A stretch of DNA of 64,000 bases from Eledone cirrhosa (taxonomy: Eukaryota), in NCBI GenBank assembly GCA_964016885.1, contig OZ024743.1, forward strand, positions 11,966,001 through 12,030,000, given 5' to 3'. Shown here piece by piece: positions 39,902-53,748 of the stretch. The position numbers and the translations under genes are program-made. The notes below the pieces were generated by a model that was not told the origin of the DNA, ran no database searches, and saw only the letters and a list, made by a program, of their open reading frames with translations. Numbering within the stretch: position 1 is the stretch's first letter; each line of letters starts with the position of its first letter.

Positions 39902-42900
39902 TGAGTATGTGTGTGCCTGTGTATGTGTGTGTATATGTATTCGTATACATATATAAATACATAATACATACATACTTACTTATATACATACGAATTAACT
40001 CGCGAACTCCCATTGTTTATAAAACAATCAAGAAGTGTTATGCAAAAGCTGCTTTGTCCTTAGAATAACAATAGATGTTTGCTACAACCATGTTATGTTC
40101 TTCGGAAAATCTTTGTTTTAGTACAAATGATTGTGTCAGGTTGAATGCGTATGACAGTATTCATGTGTGCTTGTGTGTCTTCCTGAGTGTGTATTTTGGA
40201 TATGTATCAGAATATGTGAGATTTCTTTCGTGTGCTTGTATTTGCAAGGATGTGAGATTGTGTGTGTTTGTAGGTGTACTTGTCGCTATGTGTTTGATTT
40301 TGTGTATGCTAATTATTGTATGGTTTCGTATGAGCAGCAGAATGTATGCATGGATTTTTTCTTGTGTCTAAACGTGATTTAGCGTGCTTGTGCTTGTGTG
40401 TTATACATATGTATGTGCATATGTATGTATGCATGTGTCTATCTATCTATCATGTCTTTGCGTGTGTATATATTTGCATCTCTTTTCGAATATAATGGTA
40501 AATGGCAGTGTAGGAGCCATCTTATTAATATTTGGGTTTAGATATATGGCAATCTTTTGTATTTACAGTGTATTTTAGTATAATCAAGTGTTACTTTTGT
40601 AGCAGCAAAAGAGCCAATTATAATAAACAATGTCTGTGAGTTAGTTGCAGCGTTTTTACAGTCTTTTAAATGTTAACTAGAATGCTTGTATGTGTGTAAC
40701 AGTAGCACTGTCCCAGATATATGAACACTATTATTTCTTTGTTAGTGATGTGCTCTGTGAAGCAGAAGTGTTGCTCTCAGCAATCTGAGACCATTATCCA
40801 CAAATGAAGCAATTTCACTTCATTTACCCTGCCAATATCCCAAGAACACAAACAAGCTTTTATCAATATAGAGAGATTTTAGTCTTGCCTGTTAAAAGTA
40901 TCTGATGCTATTTCCCTCCCCATGGGGATTCGAAGTACCATGGGAAAGTATGACCGTTACACGTTATCATTGTTTTATTCTATAAATACAATATTTGGTG
41001 GCATAGTGCTAAATTAAAAAAGCTAAAAGACGAAAAACGTCCAGTGTTTTAAATTCTATTTATTTTCTATTTTAATTTGAAGAAAAACAGAAGATAATTT
41101 TTTTCTTATTCAAGAAGCAGACATAATTACTTTTATGTATTCGATTTTTTTCAATTTTCTTCTTCAGGAATATTTTCCATTCTAAGTTTGTCTTATTCCA
41201 ATTCAATTAAATTTCTCCAACATTCTCCCACGTTTCAGCACTTCTTGTCGTGTCAGTGAAGTCGTAGATACGATTTTGAACATTAGTTAAGATAAATTAC
41301 TGTCGTATTTGTCGAACTATAATTTCCGCTGCTGGACAAGTGACAGGAACTTAAATAGAACCTTATCAATAGATTTCTACCGCAGAATAGAAAATAGATT
41401 AACAGCAAAAACGCCATCATCATCATCATTATCACCGCCAACAACAACAACAGCAGCAACAGCAACAACAACAACAAAAACAACAACAATAACAATTAAT
41501 AACAGCGGCAATAACACGAGTAAGGGAAATAAAATGACTAAATTACAAACAAATCAAAATGATAATAATGGTGGTTTCTGAATTCGGGCGAATGTTTTAT
41601 ATGTTTTTGTTTGTTTTTTTCTGTTGACTGAATTGAAATAGAATATTGATTTTATTTTTCGAGTTGGCATTAGATTAGACTTTTCGAGAAGTGAAAATGA
41701 GAAGTCGTATCATCCATGCCTTTCTTGGGTGCATTGGTGATAAATGCGAGGCAAAATGACTTCAAACGGAAATTGAAGCCTGTTATGTTATCAACTTATC
41801 TAATAATTCTTCTCGCTCTATGAAAGAACACCATTGTGCACCATTATCATAATTTAGATCATTCAGCATACACAACCATAACCAAATTACGTGCCTTTGT
41901 TTTTGATTTATAGTTATGGTTGATTGCTTTCTTGCTTCATTGTCCAATTTGGTAGCTTAGAAACTATTGAAATTAGAGCATTCCTGCAAACGAGCGGCAG
42001 ATTTTACATCACATTCATTTATAGTAACCTTTTAAATACTCCATGCATCAAATATATTAACACTAAATTATTTATGGATGGCGTCTCGGAATTATTTAAT
42101 TTCTAAATAATTCTATTTTCTCACGTAAAGAAAAATAGGATTTTGTACATTTAGCAACTTTTGAATACATCATCGGCAATTACGGTGACGGTTATCATTC
42201 TGGGATGAGGCCATTGTAAGGTTGAAAAATATTCAGCGTTATATTTCCTCATCGCATATTTTATTTTCTAGTTAGAACTTTTTTTTAAATGATCCAAATA
42301 ATAGATATTTTGTCATGTACCAAAATTATAACAGAACATGAATTAAGCAAAACATTTAAATGCACCTTTTCTTTCAAATAACCACATAAGGCAAATTTTG
42401 AAATACAGAAAGACGAAGAAAGAGTTTGTTCACGTTGTGTTATTATGCCAGTTAGAAGAAATCGTCGAAATCTTTGGACTGGGCGATTTTTGTAAAGACC
42501 ATCTATTAAATTAGTGCCATTATCTGAACCAAGTAGAAAATCAATACATTGTTTAGTAATCTGTATACTGGTGCTAGCTTTTTCAAGTACGTTTTTTTTA
42601 GGTGCTTTTTTTCTAATGAGGTTTGTAGATGCGAATAGGTTCCAATATGATCGTGAAAAATGTCCGAACCTTTTACAGTTGTGGCAAGTCCCGTAGCATA
42701 AAAATAACATCTTAGTTTCTAGGTTAATGTTTTCCTGAAAGCACCACTATATTCATTTCCAAAGAAGCTACATGGAAAGATTGTTGTAAAAACTTTGCAT
42801 TTCTCTCAGCAGATTCCAAGGAACAAACTTCGGTTATAGCCTGTTAAAAATTCAATGAAGAATTGTCAATGAGTCTTTGTTGAATATGTTCAGAAATTAA

Positions 42901-43309
42901 GGAGTCTCAAATTATTTCCTCTTAATACGGATCAAGAGTTATAGCATGACATTTAGAGTTTCTGGTGAGCAAACGTAGAATTTCTGTTTTCATTGTTTAG
43001 TCAGGAAAAAAGGAGTAGCGCATATGACTTGTTTCAGGTCCGCCAATGCTGGCAGGAGGTATAGACAGAGTAAGGTGTTGTCAAATCGGAAACCTAGATC
43101 GAATATAGACGGTAGTGTTAAACCGAGTGACCAATTAAATCTAGTATCCAAATAGTCTACAGGATCTGAACTCGGAACCGTAAGAGCCGGAACAAATATA
43201 GCAAAGTATCTCTAACAACTCCACGTGAAGAGTCGGAACAAATATCACAAAGCATTTTTTCCAACACCGCTTTTACACATCAGACCAAATTTCCCCACTT
43301 ATATATGTA

Positions 43310-44595
43310 TAATAGAAGAAATCGAGGCCCCTGTTTAGAAACTTGACAATGGCAAGTCTCCCGGTATGGATGGTCTGATTGCATAATCCTTTAAATGTGG
43401 AAGAGAAAACTTAATTGTCTCCTTAATAGAGAAAGTTTGGGCAGAAGTGATTGTACTACAACACTGGAAAGATGATCTAATGCTTCTTGTATATAAGGGA
43501 AAGGATGAAAAGAATGTAGAAACTATAGAGGAATAGTGCTGTTATCAGTGGCGGGAAAGTTTCTGTGCAGAGTAAAGTTTGACAGACTTATATTACATAA
43601 TACTGACGATGTTCTTTCAGAATCTCAATGTGCTTTTAGACAGGACAGAGGCACAGTAAACATGATATTTTCGTTAGGGCAGCTTCAAGAAAAGTGTGTG
43701 GAACAAAGAGTAGATCTGTTTCAAGTGTTCATTGATATGATAAAGGCATTTGACGCAGTTAATAGAGAAGCTCTTTGGAAAATATTTCGAAAGATTAGCT
43801 GCCCGGACAAATTTATGGCAATCCTGCGACAATTTCAGGAGGACATGAAATCCTGGGTGAATGTTGGTAGAAAACCTATTGCTGTAAGGAAAGGCGTCAA
43901 GCAGGGTGACATAACTGCAACAACATTATTTTCACTGTTCTTTACAGTGGCATTTTTAATGACATTTAAAGACTGCCGATGTGGAATATAAATCAGGTTT
44001 CGTACATCTGGGAAGCTTTTAAACATAAGACGCTTTGCTGCTAATGCGAAGGTCTTGTACTCACTGTTAAGAGAATTTATGTACGCAGATGGGTTGAGAA
44101 TGGAGGGTTGTAGGTTATCCAAACAACTCCTTTATGGTGAGCTAAAGGATAGCAAACGCTCACGTCATAAACCTAAGATGAGATTTAAGGACTGTAAAGA
44201 TCTCTGATGAAAGCTGGTATCTCTGATGGGCACTGCTAAAATGCTGCCGATGATTGAACACTGTGGAGGGAAGCTGTATATGAAGGAAAATTGCACCTTG
44301 AAACGGCCCGAAGAAATTCTGAGAGGTTAAAAAAGAATGTGAAGAAGGTTTTGAAAGTGGAATTGCCAGGAAGCGTGGGAGACAACGGAGAGCTGACATA
44401 CAATGAGTGTGGGAGAGCTTGCACCAGCAAAGCTGAATTAAAGAATCACAAAAGGAGCCATATAAAAAGGGCGGATGAAGATTACGTTGGTGCATATGGT
44501 ATAGCTATCTGCCATCAATGTAAGAGACCTGATGCAGCACATGAAACTACATGGCAACCAGTCATCGAATGTTATTGCCAAATGCCATGTCTGTA
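43310..44595 (+). mobile_element. RTE-clade LINE remnant, internally deleted
   Basis: GKSPGMDG, NYRGIVLLSVAGK, ESQCAFR, FIDMIKAFDAVNR, GVKQG and MYAD, joined directly to RLSKQLLYGEL. C2H2-like CGRAC..LKNHKRSH at the C-terminus. Confidence 0.85.
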
Positions 44596-44800
44596 ATATC
44601 TGTTTCCAGAGAACATTGCTGGCCTAAAAATCACATCCATCGTACATGCAGTAACGTGATTGAAAATTTCAAGTGATGGTATTCTCGAGTGTGAGGTAGA
44701 TGTCATCGTATATCTATATACTCTTAGCATCGAGTACTCTGGCGCGTTATGGTCCATCTGGTCCCTTACCTCACTTCGTTCGTTATATATATATATATAT

Positions 44801-45233
44801 ATAAATGTAATATGAGTTTTTAGAATATTAATAACATTCGATTCGTTTGCAATTATGCAAACAAGCCTCAATTTTATAGCCATGTCAGTAGAATGTACAA
44901 TTTTATAGCCTGATCAGTGGATCTGCTAATATGCAGATCTGACTGATCAGCCAGTCTGCTAATATGCAAATCAGGCCGATCCGTCACTGTGTATTTTTGA
45001 AAATAGCATATATTTTCACGAGCTCTGACAGTTTGGCAGGTGAACAGTGAGCTGTACTGATGAAGGGTGATACCCAGAAACATTAGTGTCTGCAGTTCTG
45101 TTCACATGCCAACACAAGAGCAAGAATGAAGGGTTCATTCTACTGACATGGCTATAAAATTGAGGCTTGTTTGCATAATTGCAAACGAATCGAATGTTAT
45201 TATTAATATTCGAAAAACTCAAATTACATTTAT
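44801..45233. mobile_element. MITE-like element with ~95-bp inverted arms
   Basis: 44801-44895 is the reverse complement of ~45136-45233. It lies between (TA)n tracts. Confidence 0.75.
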
Positions 45234-45261
45234 CGTATTCAGCCATGTAGAGCGAAAATTT

Positions 45262-45328
<67 letters not shown>

Positions 45329-45379
45329 TATGTACTCATACACGCGTCGCACACACACACACACACACTCACACACACA

Positions 45380-45458
<79 letters not shown>

Positions 45459-46251
45459 TTATACACCTATGTATATGTCTTAACCTTTTCTTCGACATAT
45501 TAATCTGTTCAAATCCTGTCTTTCAAGGAATTACAGTGATGTATTTCAATTTGTGCTATACTTACTTTCGACATATTAAATTGTAGTATTGATATTCAAT
45601 CATGCTACCATTTTTTTACGCTAAGAACATTGCGAAATCTTATCGGATTATCTAGAGAAAATAATTGAAAATGGAACTCTGTAGTATTGTAAGAAATATT
45701 CTTAAGCTTCACTGATCTTACCATCTGGTCATTTTTCGACAGCATACATACGTGTGCTTATTGGAAGTCTGCCGTGTTCGACGACGAGTGCTTCAGTTGA
45801 TTTAATCAATGGAACTGCCTGTTAGTGAAATTACTTGCTTTAGTGGTTAGGTTGGACACGTAAACGCTTAACGCAGTTCTCATGGGGATTCAATTTGGCA
45901 CAATTTGTGACAAGGCTGGTTTCTTGAATTACAAGTACAATTCATTTTTGTCTGCTAAGTGAAATAGAGCAAGGTGAAATAGAGTGTCTTACCATAGTGA
46001 GCCGAGCCCCTAACCACTAAACCACGTACCTTCATTGTACTCAAGGAGAGACAAATAAAACAATGAGGTATAATAATCTATATTAAAACCATCGCATCTC
46101 GTAACCAAATTTTTTCTAATGATCTCGATATTCATTTATTCGTATTTAGAATTATATAGCTTACTTTATAATTATTTATAACTTTTGATGTTTCTTTTAT
46201 CATTTATATTTATATATTTAGTCTCTCTCTTTCTTTCTCTTTCTCTGTCTC

Positions 46252-46319
<68 letters not shown>

Positions 46320-46411
46320 TAGATAGATAGAGAGAGTGAGAGAGAGAGCGAGAGGGAGTGAGTGTCAGATATAAGTGGTTATACACATGCATATGCACAT
46401 ATATATATATA

Positions 46412-47301
46412 TCTATGCTATAAAGCTGACGGCTGTATGTAGGTAACAAACTTTCCGCCAAACGGCTGGACCAAACAGCACCAAATTTGCATCCTGAATT
46501 TTGTTAAAAGATTAAAGACATTATTTAAATATTCACTTCTTTAAAATTTCAAATGTCAACACTTCCGGTTATACGTCATTCCTCACTTTTTCTTATGACG
46601 TCTCACAACATTCCCCTCTTTTTGTTAGTCTGTCTTTTTAGATAAATACATAGTTATAATGTCGCGCCTTCTACTTCACTGGAGATGCAGATTCACAAGC
46701 GATACGTCGCCATCGGGCCATCCCAGGAATCAGACTTGAAATCATTCGCCAGTTACAGGACATGTTAAGCGACTTCAGTTTCCAATAAGATTAAGCTTCA
46801 CGATTACCATTAACAAAGCTGAGGGTCAAACCCTAAAAGTGGCTGGCCTTCATCTGGGAAAACCATGCTTCTCCCATGGTCAATTCTATGTAGGATGCTC
46901 TCGGGTGAGCTCGCCAAACAATCTTTTCATCTTTGTAATTTAAATATTTTCTGTTACTTGGAATTTCCATTATGGTTGTACAAATTATTGTTTGTTAAAA
47001 AATGTGTTCTCTGTTCAGCCTTTATTGTTGTAACTATCAATTTTCTTTAACGTACTGACTGCTGAACTGGGGAATCCTAAAAACTATTCAAACCCAACAT
47101 CAGAGCACGTTAACCCCCTCTCCCACGCCACATACATTTATATATACATACACACACGTATATATAAGGGCCTTCCAGTTTCATTTCACATTATATACAT
47201 GTTTGTGTATATTTTAATTATTTAAAAATTCTTTTTTAGTGAACATGATTTTTAAAAATATTTTGAAGTGAAAGTGACCCAACGGGTCACGAGTGGTATA
47301 G
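46412..47301 (+). mobile_element. Internally deleted Helitron
   Basis: A|TC start. FYFTGD..RR..IPGIRLEIIRQLQDML is fused to the PIF1 helicase end RLQFPIRLSFTITINKAEGQTL..CFSHGQFYVGCSRV. The 3' hairpin GTGACCCAACGGGTCAC lies 11 bp before an ATAG|T end. Confidence 0.85.
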
Positions 47302-47310
47302 TATATATAT

Positions 47311-47498
47311 ATAATTGTTTCTACTTTTGGCACAAGGCCAGCAATTATATCAGTGTATTACTGGTACTTTATTTTATCGACTCCGTAAGGATGAAAGGCA
47401 AAATTAATCTCGGCGGGATTTGAACTCAGACTATAAAGGGCTGCAACTCTTTGCTGCAAAGCGTGGCGTACGACCCTCTACCGATACTGCCAATCCAC
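47311..47498 (-). mobile_element. OK-like SINE
   Basis: Consensus match. Confidence 0.88.
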
Positions 47499-47989
47499 AT
47501 ATATAATATAGATAAATCAGAAATGATAACCACATTTCTGCATGGTATTTTAATTGTTCCTTTACTTTATTAGTTCTTTTAACTCATTTGGAATAGGAAC
47601 TTTTCCACAACTATACATAGGACTAATTACATAATACCAATATAGCATTTTAGTATCTTTGTTACCGTTAATTTTTATTTATTGTTATATTTACATTGCC
47701 GTTGCCTTCTAAAAAAAAGTCTCCTTGGCTTGTTCTAAGCCATTGTGCAACCTAGGCTCAATATTATGCAATATCACCCTTATGCACGAAATTGCATTGT
47801 TCAGGGTGTGACCGATGAGGCAGTTAGACGCTTTTGATCTTTCGTTCCACGCATTTCTTTTTTCTTGTCTTTGTGTGCAACTTTGCTAGTTATTACTACT
47901 GTAACGCTACGCGCTCCTTCGATTGTCTAATTATTTCCTTAGCAATGCAACACACACACACACACGCACACATACATACACACACACAC

Positions 47990-48022
<33 letters not shown>

Positions 48023-48867
48023 TACACACACATACACACTTTCTACTCTCACTCCCTCTCTAACCTCTTTTTTAATGAAAGTATATCTATGTTTCCCTCC
48101 TTCCGGCGTTTCCATATGTACAACTTGCTCCTCCACCGTAACCTGTCCAGTTTCCATTCGTAACAACATTTATATATATATAACAACAACAACAACAATA
48201 ATAATAGTATCTGAAGAAACAAACATTTCCGAAAACAACATCTTTTATTGACGAATGATGAATACAAGAATGAAGTAAAAATTGTAAAAAGTGACGAAGT
48301 TATTTTTGTTGTAGTTATTATAATTGTGGTGATCGTTGCTGCTGTTGACGTAGTTGTTTTCTCTTATTTTTATCATTATCATTATATGCATAATCTCACA
48401 TTCAGACTACTTTAAACATCTTTGAATTATTTTTCACAATAACACTCTACCCTGATTCATGACACCGCATCGATTTGGCGCAATATGGTCATACTATGAC
48501 AGCATTAATATAACGGTGCCATTTTCTTCAGTCAAAATGTCTTTGTCTTCTTGTTTTCGTTTTCTATTTTATTGATAAACACATCTCTTTTATACTATGT
48601 CATCATCATAAGAAAAAGGAAACACAAAAAAGAAACTACATGTAATTCACTCTTGTCTAGAATTATATATTAGGTATGAATTAAATAAGATTTTGACTAA
48701 TACATTCGTAAACACGCATGAATATATATTATTGGTCTCCATAACATGACTATTTTTGATGCAATGGAGATTGTTTGTGTATGTGCCTGTTACAGGATAT
48801 TATCTATCGTAGAGTTTCTGTTTGCCTGCAATTATTATTCTATATTTTCTACCAATATATATATATC

Positions 48868-48918
<51 letters not shown>

Positions 48919-49352
48919 TGCCCTAGGTGTCAGGAAGACACTCGGCATAAAATTGAAACAATACTGAAGGAAAAGGAAAAACAATGATAATAATAATAAT
49001 AAGAGAACGGATCGATACCCAGTGATTTCGATCTCTTTGTTTACAATTTGCTCAACAAATTCCTTTGGGGCACACGTATGTATGTATATATGTATGCATG
49101 TATGTATATATGTATGTATGTATGTATTCATGTATATATATATACACACATACACACACACATGTATGTATATATGAATATATATAAATAAATATATATA
49201 CATATATTCATGTATATATGAATATATATGTACATACATGTATATACATACATATATATAGAGAGATATAGATATAGATACAGATATAGATATATACACA
49301 TATACATGCATACATATACAAATATATGTTTATAACATTATATTGAGTTATA

Positions 49353-49538
49353 TAATTGTTTCTACTTTTGGCACAAGGCCAGAAAATACCCAGTGTATTA
49401 CTGGTACTTTATTTTATCGACCCCGTAAGGATGAAAGGCAAAGTTAACCTCGGCGGGATTTAAACTCAGAATGGAAAGGGCTGTAACTCTATGCGTCAAA
49501 ACATGGCGTCTGACCCTCTACCGATACTGCCAATCCAC
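49353..49538 (-). mobile_element. OK-like SINE
   Basis: Consensus match. Confidence 0.88.
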
Positions 49539-49986
49539 ATATAATGTCGGCCAGACATTACAGCTATTTTATGATCGTGATAAGCAGGTGAAAATATTGT
49601 GATTTGTTTTATTAGTACTATTTCTGGAAGAAACTCTAACATAACATATAAAGATATCACACTATACAACAAATCTTAAACAAAAACAAAAAATAATCAT
49701 GGTATTACAACTCTTGCAAACTATATGTTATTATATTACTGATTCAGAGACTGGCTCAAAACATAAATGGCTTCTTCTGTATATTGGAAATATAATTCTT
49801 GTTGGGTTGTGTGTTTATGTGCCTAAGTATATTAGTGGACATATGTACAACAAGGTTGATTATATTCGCTATCATATTACTGTTATCATTGCTTCTATTA
49901 AATATTATATGCATGCATGTATGTATGTATGTATGTATGTATGTATGTATGTATGTATGTATGTATGTATGTATGTATGTATGTTG

Positions 49987-50143
49987 TTATCTTTCTCTTA
50001 ATTTCGATTTACAGTTTTCACCGGCCACCTTCCTGGTGGCAAAGATGTAAAAGAAAATAAATTGTCATCCCTTGAATCGCAAGAATGTTTTGCAAATTTT
50101 GAAGGTGCAAGATATCGCGACCATTTTTAGTCTATGAATTAGG
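49987..50143 (-). mobile_element. R4/Dong-like family A copy 3, 3' end only
   Basis: Matches 13573-13731. (TATG)n on the 3' side and (TG)n on the 5' side. Confidence 0.85.
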
Positions 50144-50160
50144 TGTGTGTGTGTGTGTGC

Positions 50161-50258
<98 letters not shown>

Positions 50259-51288
50259 ATGTAGTGCAAAAGTGTGGAATAGTTTCAACGTCTATGTATT
50301 ATGTTAAGTACCTAGCTAGCATTTGGTTTTACTTTAACCGCAGTTGTGTTGTCAGAATAGAAACAAGTACATTTACATTGATATTTATGCTTCGACTAAG
50401 CTCTATGATACAACTGTAATGTTACTACTTACATTAAATGTATAGTTTTTAAACAGATTTATGGTTTCCGACATTCCATGAGCAATGCAAAGATATGTGC
50501 CCAGTCTCTTTATCAGTAGCCATTTCACATTTTATGTTGCTTTGATTTCGTTTGTTATACTTCGCGAATGAGAAATATATTGAATTTACGTAATCAAAAC
50601 AGCAAAATACAGTTAGATGTAAAGTTAGGTGCATTCGTACTATTGTAAGTTTGCATATAATATCCTCAAAATGTTTTGTAATAAAATTACTCACAAATTT
50701 GTTTTATATTATTCTTTATTTTCTTTCCTTTTTTATTTTTTTCACATGTTTACAATTTTTTTATTATTTCGATTAAACACTATATAGCTATCTACAGACA
50801 ATGCTATTACCATCATCATTATAATCATCATCATCAATATTATCATCATCAATATTATCATCATTATCATATGTGAGTGGGAATGGTTTTATGAATGACC
50901 GACGGAAATAATTCGAGGTTGCTTCTGTTGTTGCAATAGCAGTCGTAAAAATTATGATATTGATGATATTGTTATTGTTGTTGATGTTGTTCTTGCTTTT
51001 TGTTGTTGTTCTTCTTCTTCTTGCACTAACAATGTTTCAGCGTGGACGAAACATGTCGCTATCACATATCATGCGACTTTATACCTCCAAACATGGCACG
51101 TATATTCTTATTGCTTAAATCTCCGAGGTAGAGAGCAATTAAGAAAGGGGAGACTACAAAACTAATTATGTGGCACTGGATATCAGATCAGCAAGATATA
51201 GAAAGTCTCTCTCTTCTGTTAATATATATAGCGAACATCATATACTTCGCTTTCCATGTTATGACAATGTTTGGCTTAACTGTTTCTT

Positions 51289-51319
<31 letters not shown>

Positions 51320-51328
51320 GCATGCAAA

Positions 51329-51375
<47 letters not shown>

Positions 51376-51381
51376 TGCAAA

Positions 51382-51470
<89 letters not shown>

Positions 51471-51564
51471 ATTATATATATACCTATATATGAATATGTA
51501 TATATACACACATATATGTATTTATATTTATACATATGCGTACATATATATATGTGTATATCTA

Positions 51565-51603
51565 TGCATGTATGTATGTATGTTTGTATCTATGCAAGCA
51601 TGC

Positions 51604-51636
<33 letters not shown>

Positions 51637-52400
51637 TGTATGTATGTATGTATGTATGTATGTATGTATGTATGCATGCATGCATGCATGTATGTATGTA
51701 TGTATGTATGTATGTATGTATGCATGCATGCATGCATGCATGCATGCATGTATGTATGTATGTATGTATGTATGCATGCATGTATGTATGTATGTATGTA
51801 TGTATGTATGTATGTATGCATGCATGCATGTATGTATGTATGTATGTATGTATGTATGCATGCATGCATGCATGCATGCATGTATGTATGTATGTATGCA
51901 TGCATGCATGCATGTATGCATGCATGCATGCATGCATGCATGCATGCATGTATGTATGTATGTATGTATGTATGTATGTATGTATGTATGCATGCATGCA
52001 TGCATGCATGCATGTATGTATGTATGTATGTATGTATGTATGTATGTATGTATGCATGCATGCATGTATGTATGTATGTATGTATGTATGTATGTATGTA
52101 TGTATGTATGTATGCATGCATGCATGCATGCATGCATGTATGTATGTATGTATGTATGTATGTATGTATGTATGTATGTATGCATGCATGCATGCATGCA
52201 TGTATGTATGTATGTATGTATGCATGCATGCATGTATGTATGTATGTATGTATGTATGTATGTATGTATGTATGTATGTATGCATGTATGCATGTATGCA
52301 TGTATGTATGTATGTATGTATGTATGTATGTATGTATGCATGTATGCATGTATGTATGTATGTATGTATGTATGTATATATGTATGTATGTATGTATGTA
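51565..52400. repeat. ~840-bp (TATG)n/(CATG)n mosaic microsatellite
   Basis: Seen directly. It explains the long MYVC/HTYI ORFs. Confidence 0.97.
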
Positions 52401-52661
52401 GCAGTGTTTGAACGTTGTTTTTCTCTACTCCGCTATAGTCTTTTAAGTTTCTGTTGATGTTGATGTCATGGGTTTTCTTTATATTGTTATTACTGCTGCT
52501 AATGTTTTTTTTATATTTTTAAAGTTGCTCTTTTCACGGAATTCAGCAGAAGATAGGTATATGTATGTCTGTACGTGTGAGCGCCTATGTCAGCCTGTGT
52601 GCGCGCGTGTGTGTGTAGGAATGTATTTGTGTGTGTGATTCTTTCTCACGTGATTTGTTGG

Positions 52662-52871
52662 TTATTCATCGTCAGAAAAGAGAATGTGGCCGGAGAAAGT
52701 AGAATACATATATCCATGTAAGAATGGAGCTCGGCTCAATGACACACACCACACTTGATCGTTGCGTTTCAAATTCAGTATGGCAGTATTTGATGATGAA
52801 GCCCAGTACGGAATACTCTCAGCCCAAATAGTTGCCACCATCTTGTTGTTTCGCATCAGCATGACCGCAGC
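52662..52871 (-). CDS. C1q-domain protein, last coding exon
   Basis: AAVMLMRN..WAESIPYWASSSNTAILNLKRNDQVW..LHGYMYSTFSGHILF* is a gC1q C-terminus. Pyrimidine tract plus AAG acceptor, phase 0, in frame with the previous exon. Confidence 0.9.
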   Translation of the reverse strand, partial: AAVMLMRNNKMVATIWAESIPYWASSSNTAILNLKRNDQVWCVSLSRAPFLHGYMYSTFSGHILFSDDE

Positions 52872-52953
52872 CTTTTGTGGTATTAATAAAGAAAGAAATA
52901 AAGAAAGAAAAATAAGTATGAACACTTTTTATTAGTATGTGGTTATTTATTAA

Positions 52954-53146
52954 CAGACCTGCCAACCCTAAAAACCTAAACGTGGAGTACCATGAAAAAA
53001 GTGCTCCAAAACGGGGAGAAATGAGGCAAAATTGGGAGATTTTACATAATGAAAGCTATACCTATTTTCACAAGAGAGGACATCTCTCACCAACCCCAAA
53101 GTGGGAGGGAGGTCTCCACGCCGGACGGGGAGAGTTGACAGGTCTG
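52954..53146. mobile_element. 193-bp MITE in the C1q intron
   Basis: TIR CAGACCTGCCAAC / GTTGACAGGTCTG, with TATTAA on both sides. Confidence 0.8.
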
Positions 53147-53645
53147 TATTAATTATTATTAGTAGACATTTTAATACAAATGCAAACGCACTTAATATAA
53201 TGCAGCCATATTGTCGTTTAACTTAGCAAGACACAAACACTTCTACTTGCCTTAACTTTACTTAACTGATACAATAAATGTAACACGAAAAATAAAAATA
53301 ATTACTTCATCTAAAAATAATTACTAGATCTAGTCAGATGTTTCAAAGATGACTAAGCAGTTTAACTGACTACCCACTCGTTGAATTAGCATGCAAATAA
53401 CTATTAATAACTAAGGTAATATGATACAGTATCTGACATGACACGTCCTTTTCAGACAGGCTTCAGTAAGGTTTTCGTCCACAAACAATGTATACTTGAG
53501 GTAGTAGAGTCGGGACTCCGAATGTTGAGCTCTTGCCGTTTCAACAGCTAGTTTCGACTCTTTCATATATATATATATATATATATTACTCTTTTACTCT
53601 TTTACCTGTTCCAGCTATCCGGCTGAGGCCATGCTGGGGCACCGC

Positions 53646-53748
<103 letters not shown>

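Noticed and set aside
51020-51062. GGACGAAACATGTC resembling a hammerhead 3' half
   Set aside because: The core reads CTAACAA and stems I and II are poor. At most a decayed remnant.
51168-52457. Long ORFs of 230-430 aa
   Set aside because: Translations of (TA)n and (TATG/CATG)n, open in several frames on both strands.
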